20,000 nucleotides of DNA from NCBI GenBank assembly GCA_018649885.1, contig JABIHA010000011.1, forward strand, positions 50,621 to 70,620. Direction: 5' to 3'. Numbering within the stretch: position 1 is the stretch's first letter; each line of letters opens with the position of its first letter. This DNA is from Bacteriovoracaceae bacterium (GTDB taxonomy: Bacteria; Bdellovibrionota; Bacteriovoracia; Bacteriovoracales; Bacteriovoracaceae). The notes beneath the pieces are model-generated. The model was not told the DNA's origin and did no database searches. It saw nothing but the letters and a program-made list of their open reading frames with translations. Positions 1-7,719 of this stretch are shown piece after piece. The position numbers were made by a program, and so were the translations under genes.

Positions 1-1986
1 TGAGGCCGTGGTCATTCCTGTAAAAGCATCTGCTTCACTTGTTTCAACTTTTATGGTGACATTTTCTGGGTTAACATCCAATTCTTCGCAAACTGTTTGC
101 AAGGCCATGGTATCCACACCTTGTCCCATTTCAGTCCACCCATGAAAAACAGTCAACTTACCAGCACGATCAATATAGATTTTGACTTTACTGGAGTCTG
201 GCATGCCATTGCCTATTCCTGTATTTTTTATTCCACAGGCAATTCCAGCATACTTAGCACTTTGGAAAACATCTTTCAAAGACTCAAGCGTTTGTCTTAC
301 CCCCACACCAGACGATAATTTTTGTCCTGTGGATGTCTGGCAGCCTTCAGTTAGAGCATTCTCATAACGAAACTGCCAACGATCAAAGCCACCCTTTTCG
401 CACAATTCATCAATACAAGATTCAAGTGCAAAGGTTGCCTGATTGGCACCAAAGCCTCTCATAGCACCACACGGTAAATTATTTGTATAAACAGACTTGG
501 CCTCTACGTCTACGCAGGGAACATTGTATGCTCCCGTGGCGTGGCCTGCTGCTCTTTCTAATACCTTCATTCCCACTGAGGCATAAGCACCGGTATCACC
601 CAGTATATTGGCCTTAACAAATTTTAGTTTACCTTTACTATCACACCCAACTCTATAGTCCATCCACAGAGGGTGTCTTTTCACTGACATCCTAATAGAC
701 TCTTCCCTGTTGAGAGCGAGTTTCACAGTCTTTCCAGTAGTAAAACTCATTAAGGCACAATGACCTTGTACAGATAGGTCTTCTTTTCCACCAAAGCCAC
801 CGCCATTGGGAACTAAAACCACATTAATTTTATCTACAGGCAAATTTAAAATCAAAGCAATTTGCCTTTGATCTTCATACACACCTTGTCCTTGAGAATA
901 AAGCTCAATAGCGTCTCCTCTCATTCGAGAGATCGCCACTTCAGGCTCCATATAAGCATGTTCAATTCTCTGTGTTTCATAAACACCAGAAGACACAAAT
1001 TCACATTCCGCTTCAACCTCACAAGCCTCGCCCCCTCTTTTCACAACACATACATCTAAGAGGTTGGTTTCACCGTGAATCACAGGGCTTGTGGCCTCCA
1101 AAGCTTTGTGCATATCACTGACTGGAGTCAATACTTCATACTCAACATTAATTAACTCAAGCGCTGCCCTCGCATTATCTGAGGAATCGGCAACAACTGA
1201 TGCCACTACATCGCCCATATAGTTGGTGGTTTCACCGACGGCGATCATCACCGGCCAATCCTTTCGAATCAGACCTACAACTCTTTCACCTGGAATATCT
1301 TGTGCAGTTAAAACTTTGACCACACCTGCTGCACCTCGGGCCTTAGTTGTATCTATTTTTAAAACACGGGCTCTCGGGTGATCACAATATTTCAAAGCAC
1401 CATAGTGCGTTTCTTCGAATCTCAGATCGTCAACATATGGCCTCATTCCCAGGGCCGTTTTCATAGCGTCGACTTTGGGGATAAAGGTGCCCACTTTCCC
1501 AGAAAATTTGGGAATTTCAATTTCTTTACCCTCTCTAATATGAGCTGCTGCAAATCCAATGGCCTGGGTAATTTTGGTGTACCCAGTACACCGACACAAG
1601 TGAGGGTTAAGTGCAGCTACAATTTGTTGATCTGAAGGAGATGGGTTTTTCTCTAAGAAAACCTTGGCCCTAGCAATAATGCCTGGAATACAAAACCCAC
1701 ATTGAACCGCGCCTTTAATAGCAAAGGCACCACCAAGGGTTCTTTGCAGGTATTCAGAAAATCCCTCTATAGTTGAAACCCTCTTGCCCTCCACTCTTTT
1801 CATGGGAGTGATACAAGATAAAACGGCCTTACCATCTAACTCGATAGTACAACATCCGCAGCTAGCTTGAGGTGAGCAACCATTTTTAGGAGAAGTAATA
1901 TTTAAATCATCCCTTAAAAAACTTAGGAGTGTTTTTGTGGGGTCTCCATCATAGCAGTGCTCTTTACCATTAACATGAAACTCCAT
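1..1986 (-). CDS. xdh: Selenium-dependent-type xanthine dehydrogenase, fused 2Fe-2S + molybdopterin-binding subunit (3'-partial, runs off the left edge)
   Basis: Translated by hand from ATG at 1986 (AGGAG RBS upstream); open to position 1 (662 codons). Begins MEFHVNGKEHCYDGDPTKTLLSFLRDDLNITSPKNGCSPQASCGCCT and contains QCGFCIPG and HLCRCTGY (two 2Fe-2S motifs), then IEHAYMEPE, GGGFGGKED, KRHP, GAMRGFG, TEMGQG and GMTTAS (Moco-binding motifs). Absent from the ORF track because no stop lies in the window. Confidence 0.9.
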   Translation of the reverse strand, partial: MEFHVNGKEHCYDGDPTKTLLSFLRDDLNITSPKNGCSPQASCGCCTIELDGKAVLSCITPMKRVEGKRVSTIEGFSEYLQRTLGGAFAIKGAVQCGFCIPGIIARAKVFLEKNPSPSDQQIVAALNPHLCRCTGYTKITQAIGFAAAHIREGKEIEIPKFSGKVGTFIPKVDAMKTALGMRPYVDDLRFEETHYGALKYCDHPRARVLKIDTTKARGAAGVVKVLTAQDIPGERVVGLIRKDWPVMIAVGETTNYMGDVVASVVADSSDNARAALELINVEYEVLTPVSDMHKALEATSPVIHGETNLLDVCVVKRGGEACEVEAECEFVSSGVYETQRIEHAYMEPEVAISRMRGDAIELYSQGQGVYEDQRQIALILNLPVDKINVVLVPNGGGFGGKEDLSVQGHCALMSFTTGKTVKLALNREESIRMSVKRHPLWMDYRVGCDSKGKLKFVKANILGDTGAYASVGMKVLERAAGHATGAYNVPCVDVEAKSVYTNNLPCGAMRGFGANQATFALESCIDELCEKGGFDRWQFRYENALTEGCQTSTGQKLSSGVGVRQTLESLKDVFQSAKYAGIACGIKNTGIGNGMPDSSKVKIYIDRAGKLTVFHGWTEMGQGVDTMALQTVCEELDVNPENVTIKVETSEADAFTGMTTAS

Positions 1987-1988
1987 CA

Positions 1989-3200
1989 CTACTCCTGGTT
2001 TAATACTTTGTTTAATTCTGTAGGAAGGGCCCCATAGAAGGCCATTGATACTACTAAGTCATCAATTTTAACTCTGTCATTGGTGGTATGAGAGTCCTCT
2101 TCTTGCCCAGGTCCCTGACCAATTGTGGGAATGCCTAGCCTGCCCATACTTGATACACCATTTGTGCTGAAAACCCATTTTGAAATCACAGGATTTTCCT
2201 GGCGTCTCACATTTTTGATTGCATTTGCACCTGCGACTACAAGTGGATGATTTTCCTCTAGCGCCCAGGTAGGGAAGTAACATTCCTGGGTTAAACTTTT
2301 CTTCTTATAAGAAGGAGTATCATAATTTGGTATATAAATTTCCATAGACTCACTATCAAAGCTCGAAAGTTCTTTAATTTGTGAAATAGCGAGTTCTTTG
2401 TCTTCTCCAAAAGTAAGTCGTCTATCGATATGAATTTCACATCCATCTGGGACAGCACAAAGGCTTGGAGTATCACATTGAATATGAGTGACAGCAAGAG
2501 TTCCCTTACCTAAGAATTCATCCATGTGTAATCTTTCGTTTAACTTTTCAAGATCTTCAATTAAGCGGTTCATTTTATAAATAGCATTGTCACCTCTTTC
2601 TGGTGCTGAGCCATGACAAGAACGCCCCCTAGATTTCACCTTAATTTCCATTCTACCTCGATGGCCTCGGTATAAATCTAAATCAGTACACTCACCTAAA
2701 CAAACAAAACTCACGTCTTTAATGGTATTTTCAAGAGCGTATTGAAGTCCCAGTCCATCACAGTCTTCCTCTTGAACAGAGCCCACCACATAAATTGAAA
2801 ACTGGCTGAGATCAAGGCCCATCTCTTTAAATATTTTGGCCCCGTAGACTTGAACTGCACTGGCCGCTTTATTATCGCTGGCGCCTCTACCGTAAATATA
2901 ACCAGCTTCAACTTTTCCCTCAAAAGGATCAAAGCTCCAGTTATTGGGGTTTCCAATTCCAACTGTATCAATATGGCCATCAAAGACAATTTTAATAGGC
3001 CCTGAGCCCATACGTCCTATGACATTACCGTAGTCATCACTAAATGCCTGATCGAAGCCTACAGCTTCCATCTCACTAATGATTCTATTTGCCACCGCTT
3101 CCTCTCCAGTACTAAAACTGGGAAGAGCAATAATATCTCTTAAAAACTTGGCACAATTACCGCGGTATTTTTCCGCCAATTGATTTGCATTATTTGTCAT
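1989..3200 (-). CDS. ygeY: YgeY-family M20 metallohydrolase (selenium/purine-catabolism linked)
   Basis: Motifs DGHIDTVG, GRGASDNK, VQEEDCDG, YRGHRGRMEI, SCHGSAPERGDNAIYKM, DRRLTFGE, WVFSTNGVS and GPGQEEDSH. Start moved from 3212 to ATG 3200, which has GAGG 6 nt upstream. Confidence 0.9.
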   Translation of the reverse strand: MTNNANQLAEKYRGNCAKFLRDIIALPSFSTGEEAVANRIISEMEAVGFDQAFSDDYGNVIGRMGSGPIKIVFDGHIDTVGIGNPNNWSFDPFEGKVEAGYIYGRGASDNKAASAVQVYGAKIFKEMGLDLSQFSIYVVGSVQEEDCDGLGLQYALENTIKDVSFVCLGECTDLDLYRGHRGRMEIKVKSRGRSCHGSAPERGDNAIYKMNRLIEDLEKLNERLHMDEFLGKGTLAVTHIQCDTPSLCAVPDGCEIHIDRRLTFGEDKELAISQIKELSSFDSESMEIYIPNYDTPSYKKKSLTQECYFPTWALEENHPLVVAGANAIKNVRRQENPVISKWVFSTNGVSSMGRLGIPTIGQGPGQEEDSHTTNDRVKIDDLVVSMAFYGALPTELNKVLNQE

Positions 3201-4344
3201 TTTCAACCTCATTCAAAATACGCTGATAATTTCCAGGGTCCGTGTCACCTTCGGTGCTAATAATAAGAATTTTAGAATCGACTCCGATCCCCAGCTCTTG
3301 CTTTGTTTTTTCAAATTTTGGATCTCTCATTAAGGCGAGAAGTCCACCCATTCCAGCGGCTCCCGACTCTCCTGAAATAATTTTCTGATCGTTCCCTACG
3401 GGTCTGCCTAAAACTTTCATGGCATCTTTGGCATCATCATCAGAGATTGACATAAAACCATACATCATCTGTTTAATCACGGGCCATGCTATCATTGACG
3501 GAGTTCCACAGTTTAGCCCCGCCATAATTGAATCTTGGGCGCCGTTAGAGGATTTCATCTCTCCACCCTCATTTTCAATTGAAACCAAGAGACAATCAGC
3601 ATCTGTTGGCTCAACACAAATAAGTCTAGGCCTTTTTTCCTGATACTTAACACCGTAATACCAGCTAGCAGCTGCTGCAAGTCCTCCGACTCCTGCCTGG
3701 AGAAAAACGTAATCCACTCCAGGATCACTATCAGTGCCCATGGTGCTTTCAAGCTCTCTAAAAATAGTAGAGTACCCGCTCATTATATACTTTGGAATCT
3801 CCATATAGCCTTCATAGGCAGTATCGGAGATAACCTGCCAACCATTTTTGCTGGCGTCGCTGGCCGCCTGTAAAACGGTGTCGTCATAGTGACTGGGAAC
3901 AACGACTACTTCAGCTCCTTCTGATTTAATTGAATCAATTCTGGCCGAAACTGTGTTTTGGGGAACGTAGATAACGGCCTTAACACCTAGTTTTTTTGCT
4001 GACCACGCCACCGCCCTTCCGTGGTTGCCATCAGTTGCTGTACAAAAGGTCATACCTTCAGGGTTTTGCGACTGCTGGTTTTGTTCCATCCATTTGTGAG
4101 CAGCGTAACTTGCACCTAGAGCTTTAAAAGCGTTTAAATTAAAACGTGTTGACTCATCTTTCACCCAAAGCTTACCCACTCCGAGCTCAGCTGCCAATGA
4201 GGGAAGCTCCACAAGAGAGCTGGCCTGGTAGCCTTCTATTTTTTGATGAAACTCTAAAACCCCATCTGTTTCCAAGTGATAAATTGGCTCCACATTTAAC
4301 TTATTTTCCCAATATGGATTCTTACTCCACCTTGCAATACTCAT
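3190..4344 (-). CDS. dpaL: Diaminopropionate ammonia-lyase (PLP fold type II)
   Basis: KDESTRFNLNAFKALGASYA (PLP lysine), ATDGNHGRAVAW, QAGVGGLA, SIMAGLNCG, ISGESGAAG and STEGDTDP. Its ATG overlaps the upstream stop (ATGA at 4344-4341). Confidence 0.93.
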   Translation of the reverse strand: MSIARWSKNPYWENKLNVEPIYHLETDGVLEFHQKIEGYQASSLVELPSLAAELGVGKLWVKDESTRFNLNAFKALGASYAAHKWMEQNQQSQNPEGMTFCTATDGNHGRAVAWSAKKLGVKAVIYVPQNTVSARIDSIKSEGAEVVVVPSHYDDTVLQAASDASKNGWQVISDTAYEGYMEIPKYIMSGYSTIFRELESTMGTDSDPGVDYVFLQAGVGGLAAAASWYYGVKYQEKRPRLICVEPTDADCLLVSIENEGGEMKSSNGAQDSIMAGLNCGTPSMIAWPVIKQMMYGFMSISDDDAKDAMKVLGRPVGNDQKIISGESGAAGMGGLLALMRDPKFEKTKQELGIGVDSKILIISTEGDTDPGNYQRILNEVENDK

Positions 4345-6296
4345 GCTCTCTCCTCAAATGCTTTAATAAGACTAACACCGCCATCATGCCCAAGCTGGGT
4401 GCCTCGAAAAATTGCTTTTAATATATTAAAACTCACAAGATCAAGATTGCCTGGTGCTTCGCCTGCTTCTGAAATAGTTTTTGCACTTTTAGGTCGGCCT
4501 TCAGCATCAAATTCCACATCATAATTTTTTGTGGATAGTGAAAAGTCCAACTCTCCCCTTGTAAAAGTGAAATATTCACCATTAATTCTTCCCAGCAATG
4601 TACGACCGTCTTTTAAATAAAATCCATCAAATTCACTTTCATCAAACAGTTTTTCCATTAAGAAGAATTTGGGTTTCACAATATAGGGTCCGCCAAGCTC
4701 AGGACAAAAAGTGTCGCAATTACTGCAGCTATTGCAAAATTCTACAATATTCCCTATTTGTATTTTTTTGTGCAGTATAAATTCTGCACCTTCGTCAAAG
4801 CTAATTTTACCCTGATCGTTGATCAGGGTATATCTTTTTTCGCTTACCTCACCAATGGGCAAATAAAAATTGGCTCCATTGGGACAGACGGGGATACAAA
4901 TATTACAGCTCAAACAATCAAAGAGCTCTAGTTCCACATCTGTCTTTCTGGGATCTTTCTTATTTTTCTCAAAATGATAGTAGTCATTATCTTCAAGTGT
5001 TTTACACACTCTTGTGGCATTAATAAGTCCAGCTTCTGCAAGATCTTCTGAGCTACTACCGGCATTACTCAAAATTAATTCTTCGAGAGTTTTCACTCCC
5101 GACTCTTCCATCGCCTGGTAAATTTTATCAATATATTTTTTGAGTCGAAGATAACCTCCTTTTTTAAGAAGGTCTGTGCACATGCTTACAGGAGTCATAT
5201 TGCACAATACTGTGTCGACTATATTTGTAGTGTCAACACCTGCTGAGAATGAAACCGGAAAGTCGGCCCCTACTTGGGAGCGAAACTGATGCATGGTATT
5301 CATGGAGATAACATGAAGTGGTGCTCCTGAGAGATATTGCTCACTGCCAGCAAGATTTGAATGATCCCCTTCCACCACTAAGGTGTTGGTAAATTTAGCA
5401 CCAAAGTGCTTTCCTTTTTTCTCACCATACTCTCTAAGTCTTTTCATCATTTGAACACCTTCAGAAAAATTTAAATCGTGTTCAAAGGCCTTGAGAGGAA
5501 GACCAATATGTGAGTAGCCCATTTTATCATGTAAGAGCTCACCCACTTTTTGATGACCTAGAAGCGTGGGATTCATTTTAACAATCACATCGAGGCCAAA
5601 CTCATCAAAGAGGTAGTGGACAATTTTTTCAATTTCATCCCTAGGGCAGCCATGAAATGTGGAAAGAGTAATGGAGTGTGAAATTTTGGGGCAATAATCA
5701 ATAGACTTTAAATGATTAAAGCGCTCTGGAAGCAGGCCTATCTCTTTTTCAATAATTTTCGAAGCATCCATCATATTGTGGATCCAACTACTGACTTGAG
5801 GCGAAGAAATTCCCGCCAGATCATAGCCAACGGATAAATCAAAATAACAGTGGTAAAAATCTGAGCCTTTTGGAATTTCTAAAAGCTCTAGCTCTTCAAT
5901 AATCTTGAGTAGCATCCAGGCCCTGACATATTCATCAAGGGATGCCTCAAGTTTCAACTCCTGAGACCACTCGACGTTATAACAAATATTTCTAGCATCA
6001 ATACATGGCCTTGGAATTTCAAGGCCATCCAAAACTTGAACAGTTTTAAGTTCCATAATCCTGGCCCCTCCCAAAAATGAGAGGATAATATTTTGTATCA
6101 TCTGAGTGTGAGGTCCGGCTGCTGGTCCAATAGGAGTATAAACACTGGCCCCATGAAAGGATGTGGAAATATCGTATTGGTCATGGCCTTTGTACATTTT
6201 TGATAAAGGAATGCCATAGATAGATTTCTGATTTTGACATTCATTTAAAATAGCATCTAGATGCCTTGTCAAAGACATCCCAAATAGATCAATCAT
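4341..6296 (-). CDS. ygfK: Short YgfK-like oxidoreductase: N-terminal FMN barrel plus C-terminal 2x[4Fe-4S] ferredoxin, no GltD-like FAD/NAD(P)H domain
   Basis: YgfK N-terminal signatures TPIGPAAGPHTQM, ELKTVQVLD, PRPCID, YNVEWSQEL, TLSTFHGCPRDEIE, KMNPTLLG, KFTNTL, YLSGAPL and CTDLLKKGGY. C-terminal CLSCNICIPVCPN and CNSCSNCDTFCP clusters. Confidence 0.85.
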   Translation of the reverse strand: MIDLFGMSLTRHLDAILNECQNQKSIYGIPLSKMYKGHDQYDISTSFHGASVYTPIGPAAGPHTQMIQNIILSFLGGARIMELKTVQVLDGLEIPRPCIDARNICYNVEWSQELKLEASLDEYVRAWMLLKIIEELELLEIPKGSDFYHCYFDLSVGYDLAGISSPQVSSWIHNMMDASKIIEKEIGLLPERFNHLKSIDYCPKISHSITLSTFHGCPRDEIEKIVHYLFDEFGLDVIVKMNPTLLGHQKVGELLHDKMGYSHIGLPLKAFEHDLNFSEGVQMMKRLREYGEKKGKHFGAKFTNTLVVEGDHSNLAGSEQYLSGAPLHVISMNTMHQFRSQVGADFPVSFSAGVDTTNIVDTVLCNMTPVSMCTDLLKKGGYLRLKKYIDKIYQAMEESGVKTLEELILSNAGSSSEDLAEAGLINATRVCKTLEDNDYYHFEKNKKDPRKTDVELELFDCLSCNICIPVCPNGANFYLPIGEVSEKRYTLINDQGKISFDEGAEFILHKKIQIGNIVEFCNSCSNCDTFCPELGGPYIVKPKFFLMEKLFDESEFDGFYLKDGRTLLGRINGEYFTFTRGELDFSLSTKNYDVEFDAEGRPKSAKTISEAGEAPGNLDLVSFNILKAIFRGTQLGHDGGVSLIKAFEERA

Positions 6297-6438
6297 AGTA
6301 GCTCACGTTCCAATTTTTATTAGTTAGCTATGGTACCCAAGTTTCACTAGCACTCCAAGCCATTCTTAAGCTAGTGCTGCAACATGTCCTGGGCAAGCTC
6401 TACTTCTTTTCCTACAATAGGAAAAAAGGAAGGCAGCA

Positions 6439-6915
6439 ATGAAAAAAATTCTCCATATTTTGGTTTTTATCGCGATATTTGGGTGTGCAACTACAGACTC
6501 CTCTCAGAGCACATTAACTTTTCATGAAAAATCCTCAAAACTGATCAGCAAGAGGGCCGTTAGGAATCTAAAGAAGCTCATTAAGGCCTCTGGCTTCAAA
6601 ATTATTAAGGTCCTCGATTATCAACGGGAGGCCAGAAAACTAGGGCTAAACTTGGGCACCTATCAAGTCATTACCTTCACTCACGCTGCAAGGCTGTCAC
6701 AAATCATTGAAAGTAACCCCACACTTGGGCTCGACTTACCTCTCAAAATACTTCTAGTACAAGACGATGATGGACGATCAAAAATTCTCTACAACGACCC
6801 TATGGAGCTGATCGCCAGACACTCAATTACCAGTGAAGTCTCTAAAGAACATATTCAACAAATTTCTGGGGAGTTTGAAAAAATAACATCTCAGTTTAGT
6901 GAGCAAAGAAAGTAA
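6439..6915 (+). CDS. DUF302-family lipoprotein
   Basis: Signal peptide with lipobox (MKKILHILVFIAIFG-C). DUF302-like core GFKIIKVLDYQ...NPTLGLDLPLKILL...ILYNDP. AAGGAAGG RBS. Confidence 0.75.
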   Translation: MKKILHILVFIAIFGCATTDSSQSTLTFHEKSSKLISKRAVRNLKKLIKASGFKIIKVLDYQREARKLGLNLGTYQVITFTHAARLSQIIESNPTLGLDLPLKILLVQDDDGRSKILYNDPMELIARHSITSEVSKEHIQQISGEFEKITSQFSEQRK

Positions 6916-6938
6916 AAGGCACTCGGCCTTTTACTTTC
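6908..6938. terminator. Probable bidirectional intrinsic terminator between convergent genes
   Basis: 13-bp perfect inverted repeat GAAAGTAAAAGGC-ACTCG-GCCTTTTACTTTC overlapping the DUF302 stop, with A/T tracts on both arms. Confidence 0.7.
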
Positions 6939-6948
6939 CTTTTAACTT

Positions 6949-7671
6949 TTATTTACCCTGTTTTTTCTTCCAAATGATAAAGCCCACAACAGCTGCCAGC
7001 AGTAATCCCAGCAGTAAGGTGTCAGAGTTTCCTCCACCGCCTGAGCCGCCTTTTCTCTTGTTGATGCTCACATCAAATTCACCTTGCTCAGGAATATAGG
7101 TGGAGCTTAAAAGATCATCGTCTTGACCTTTTAGTTTGACACCTTTCAGGCTTCCTTGTTTTTGAGCAAAGACCCTGAGTGTTTGAACAACTTTTTCGAA
7201 AACAGCTTGATAAGATGAGTAGTGATCTTTTGCCACAGAAAAAGTCACAGCTACGCCTAAACTTTCTTTGACTGTAGCAAGATATCTTGTGTAAAACCCT
7301 GGCACTTCACTGGCCAAATGTAGAGCATCAATCCATTGCTGACCACTAATGCTTTTGCTTTTTACATATTTTGGCTCGGAGACTTGAGTTTTGCCTCCAG
7401 GTAGTGAGTAGGTTTTACGATTTTTTAAATAGGCTTGATATTGATCGAGAGAATCTTGTTTACCTCTAGTTTTGGCGGCCAAAATAATGATCGCCTCTCT
7501 CTTTCTATCCTTATTTGCACTCTGACATACCCACTCTGATCCCTCAAGAGAGCACTCCCAACCTGGAGGAAGCTCAAATTCGCAAAACTGAGAGGTAAAC
7601 CTTTTAGCAAAGGCTGAAGGCAAACAGAAAATGATGGCCAAAATGATTACAACCAATTGGTTTTTGTTCAT
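6949..7671 (-). CDS. Secreted hypothetical protein with C-terminal Gly-rich linker, TM helix and basic tail
   Basis: Sec signal (MNKNQLVVIILAIIFCLPSAFA), FELPPGWEC..EWVC N-terminal motif, and C-terminus GGSGGGGNSDTLLLGLLLAAVVGFIIWKKKQGK. AAGGAAG RBS. Confidence 0.8.
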   Translation of the reverse strand: MNKNQLVVIILAIIFCLPSAFAKRFTSQFCEFELPPGWECSLEGSEWVCQSANKDRKREAIIILAAKTRGKQDSLDQYQAYLKNRKTYSLPGGKTQVSEPKYVKSKSISGQQWIDALHLASEVPGFYTRYLATVKESLGVAVTFSVAKDHYSSYQAVFEKVVQTLRVFAQKQGSLKGVKLKGQDDDLLSSTYIPEQGEFDVSINKRKGGSGGGGNSDTLLLGLLLAAVVGFIIWKKKQGK

Positions 7672-7719
7672 AACTCACTTCCTTAGTGGTGGTAACAAAG
7701 ATACGCTATTTTATCTTAA

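Noticed and set aside
97..1635. Short plus-strand ORFs (97-318, 182-367, 862-1059, 1378-1635)
   Set aside because: Antisense shadows of the xdh gene, with no recognisable motifs.
1..6296. Selenocysteine (UGA) recoding in the selenium-linked operon
   Set aside because: All four frames are open without an internal TGA; any selenium would be a labile cofactor.
6297..6400. Sigma54 promoter for the purine operon
   Set aside because: Candidate GG...GC pairs are spaced 7-8 nt rather than 10.
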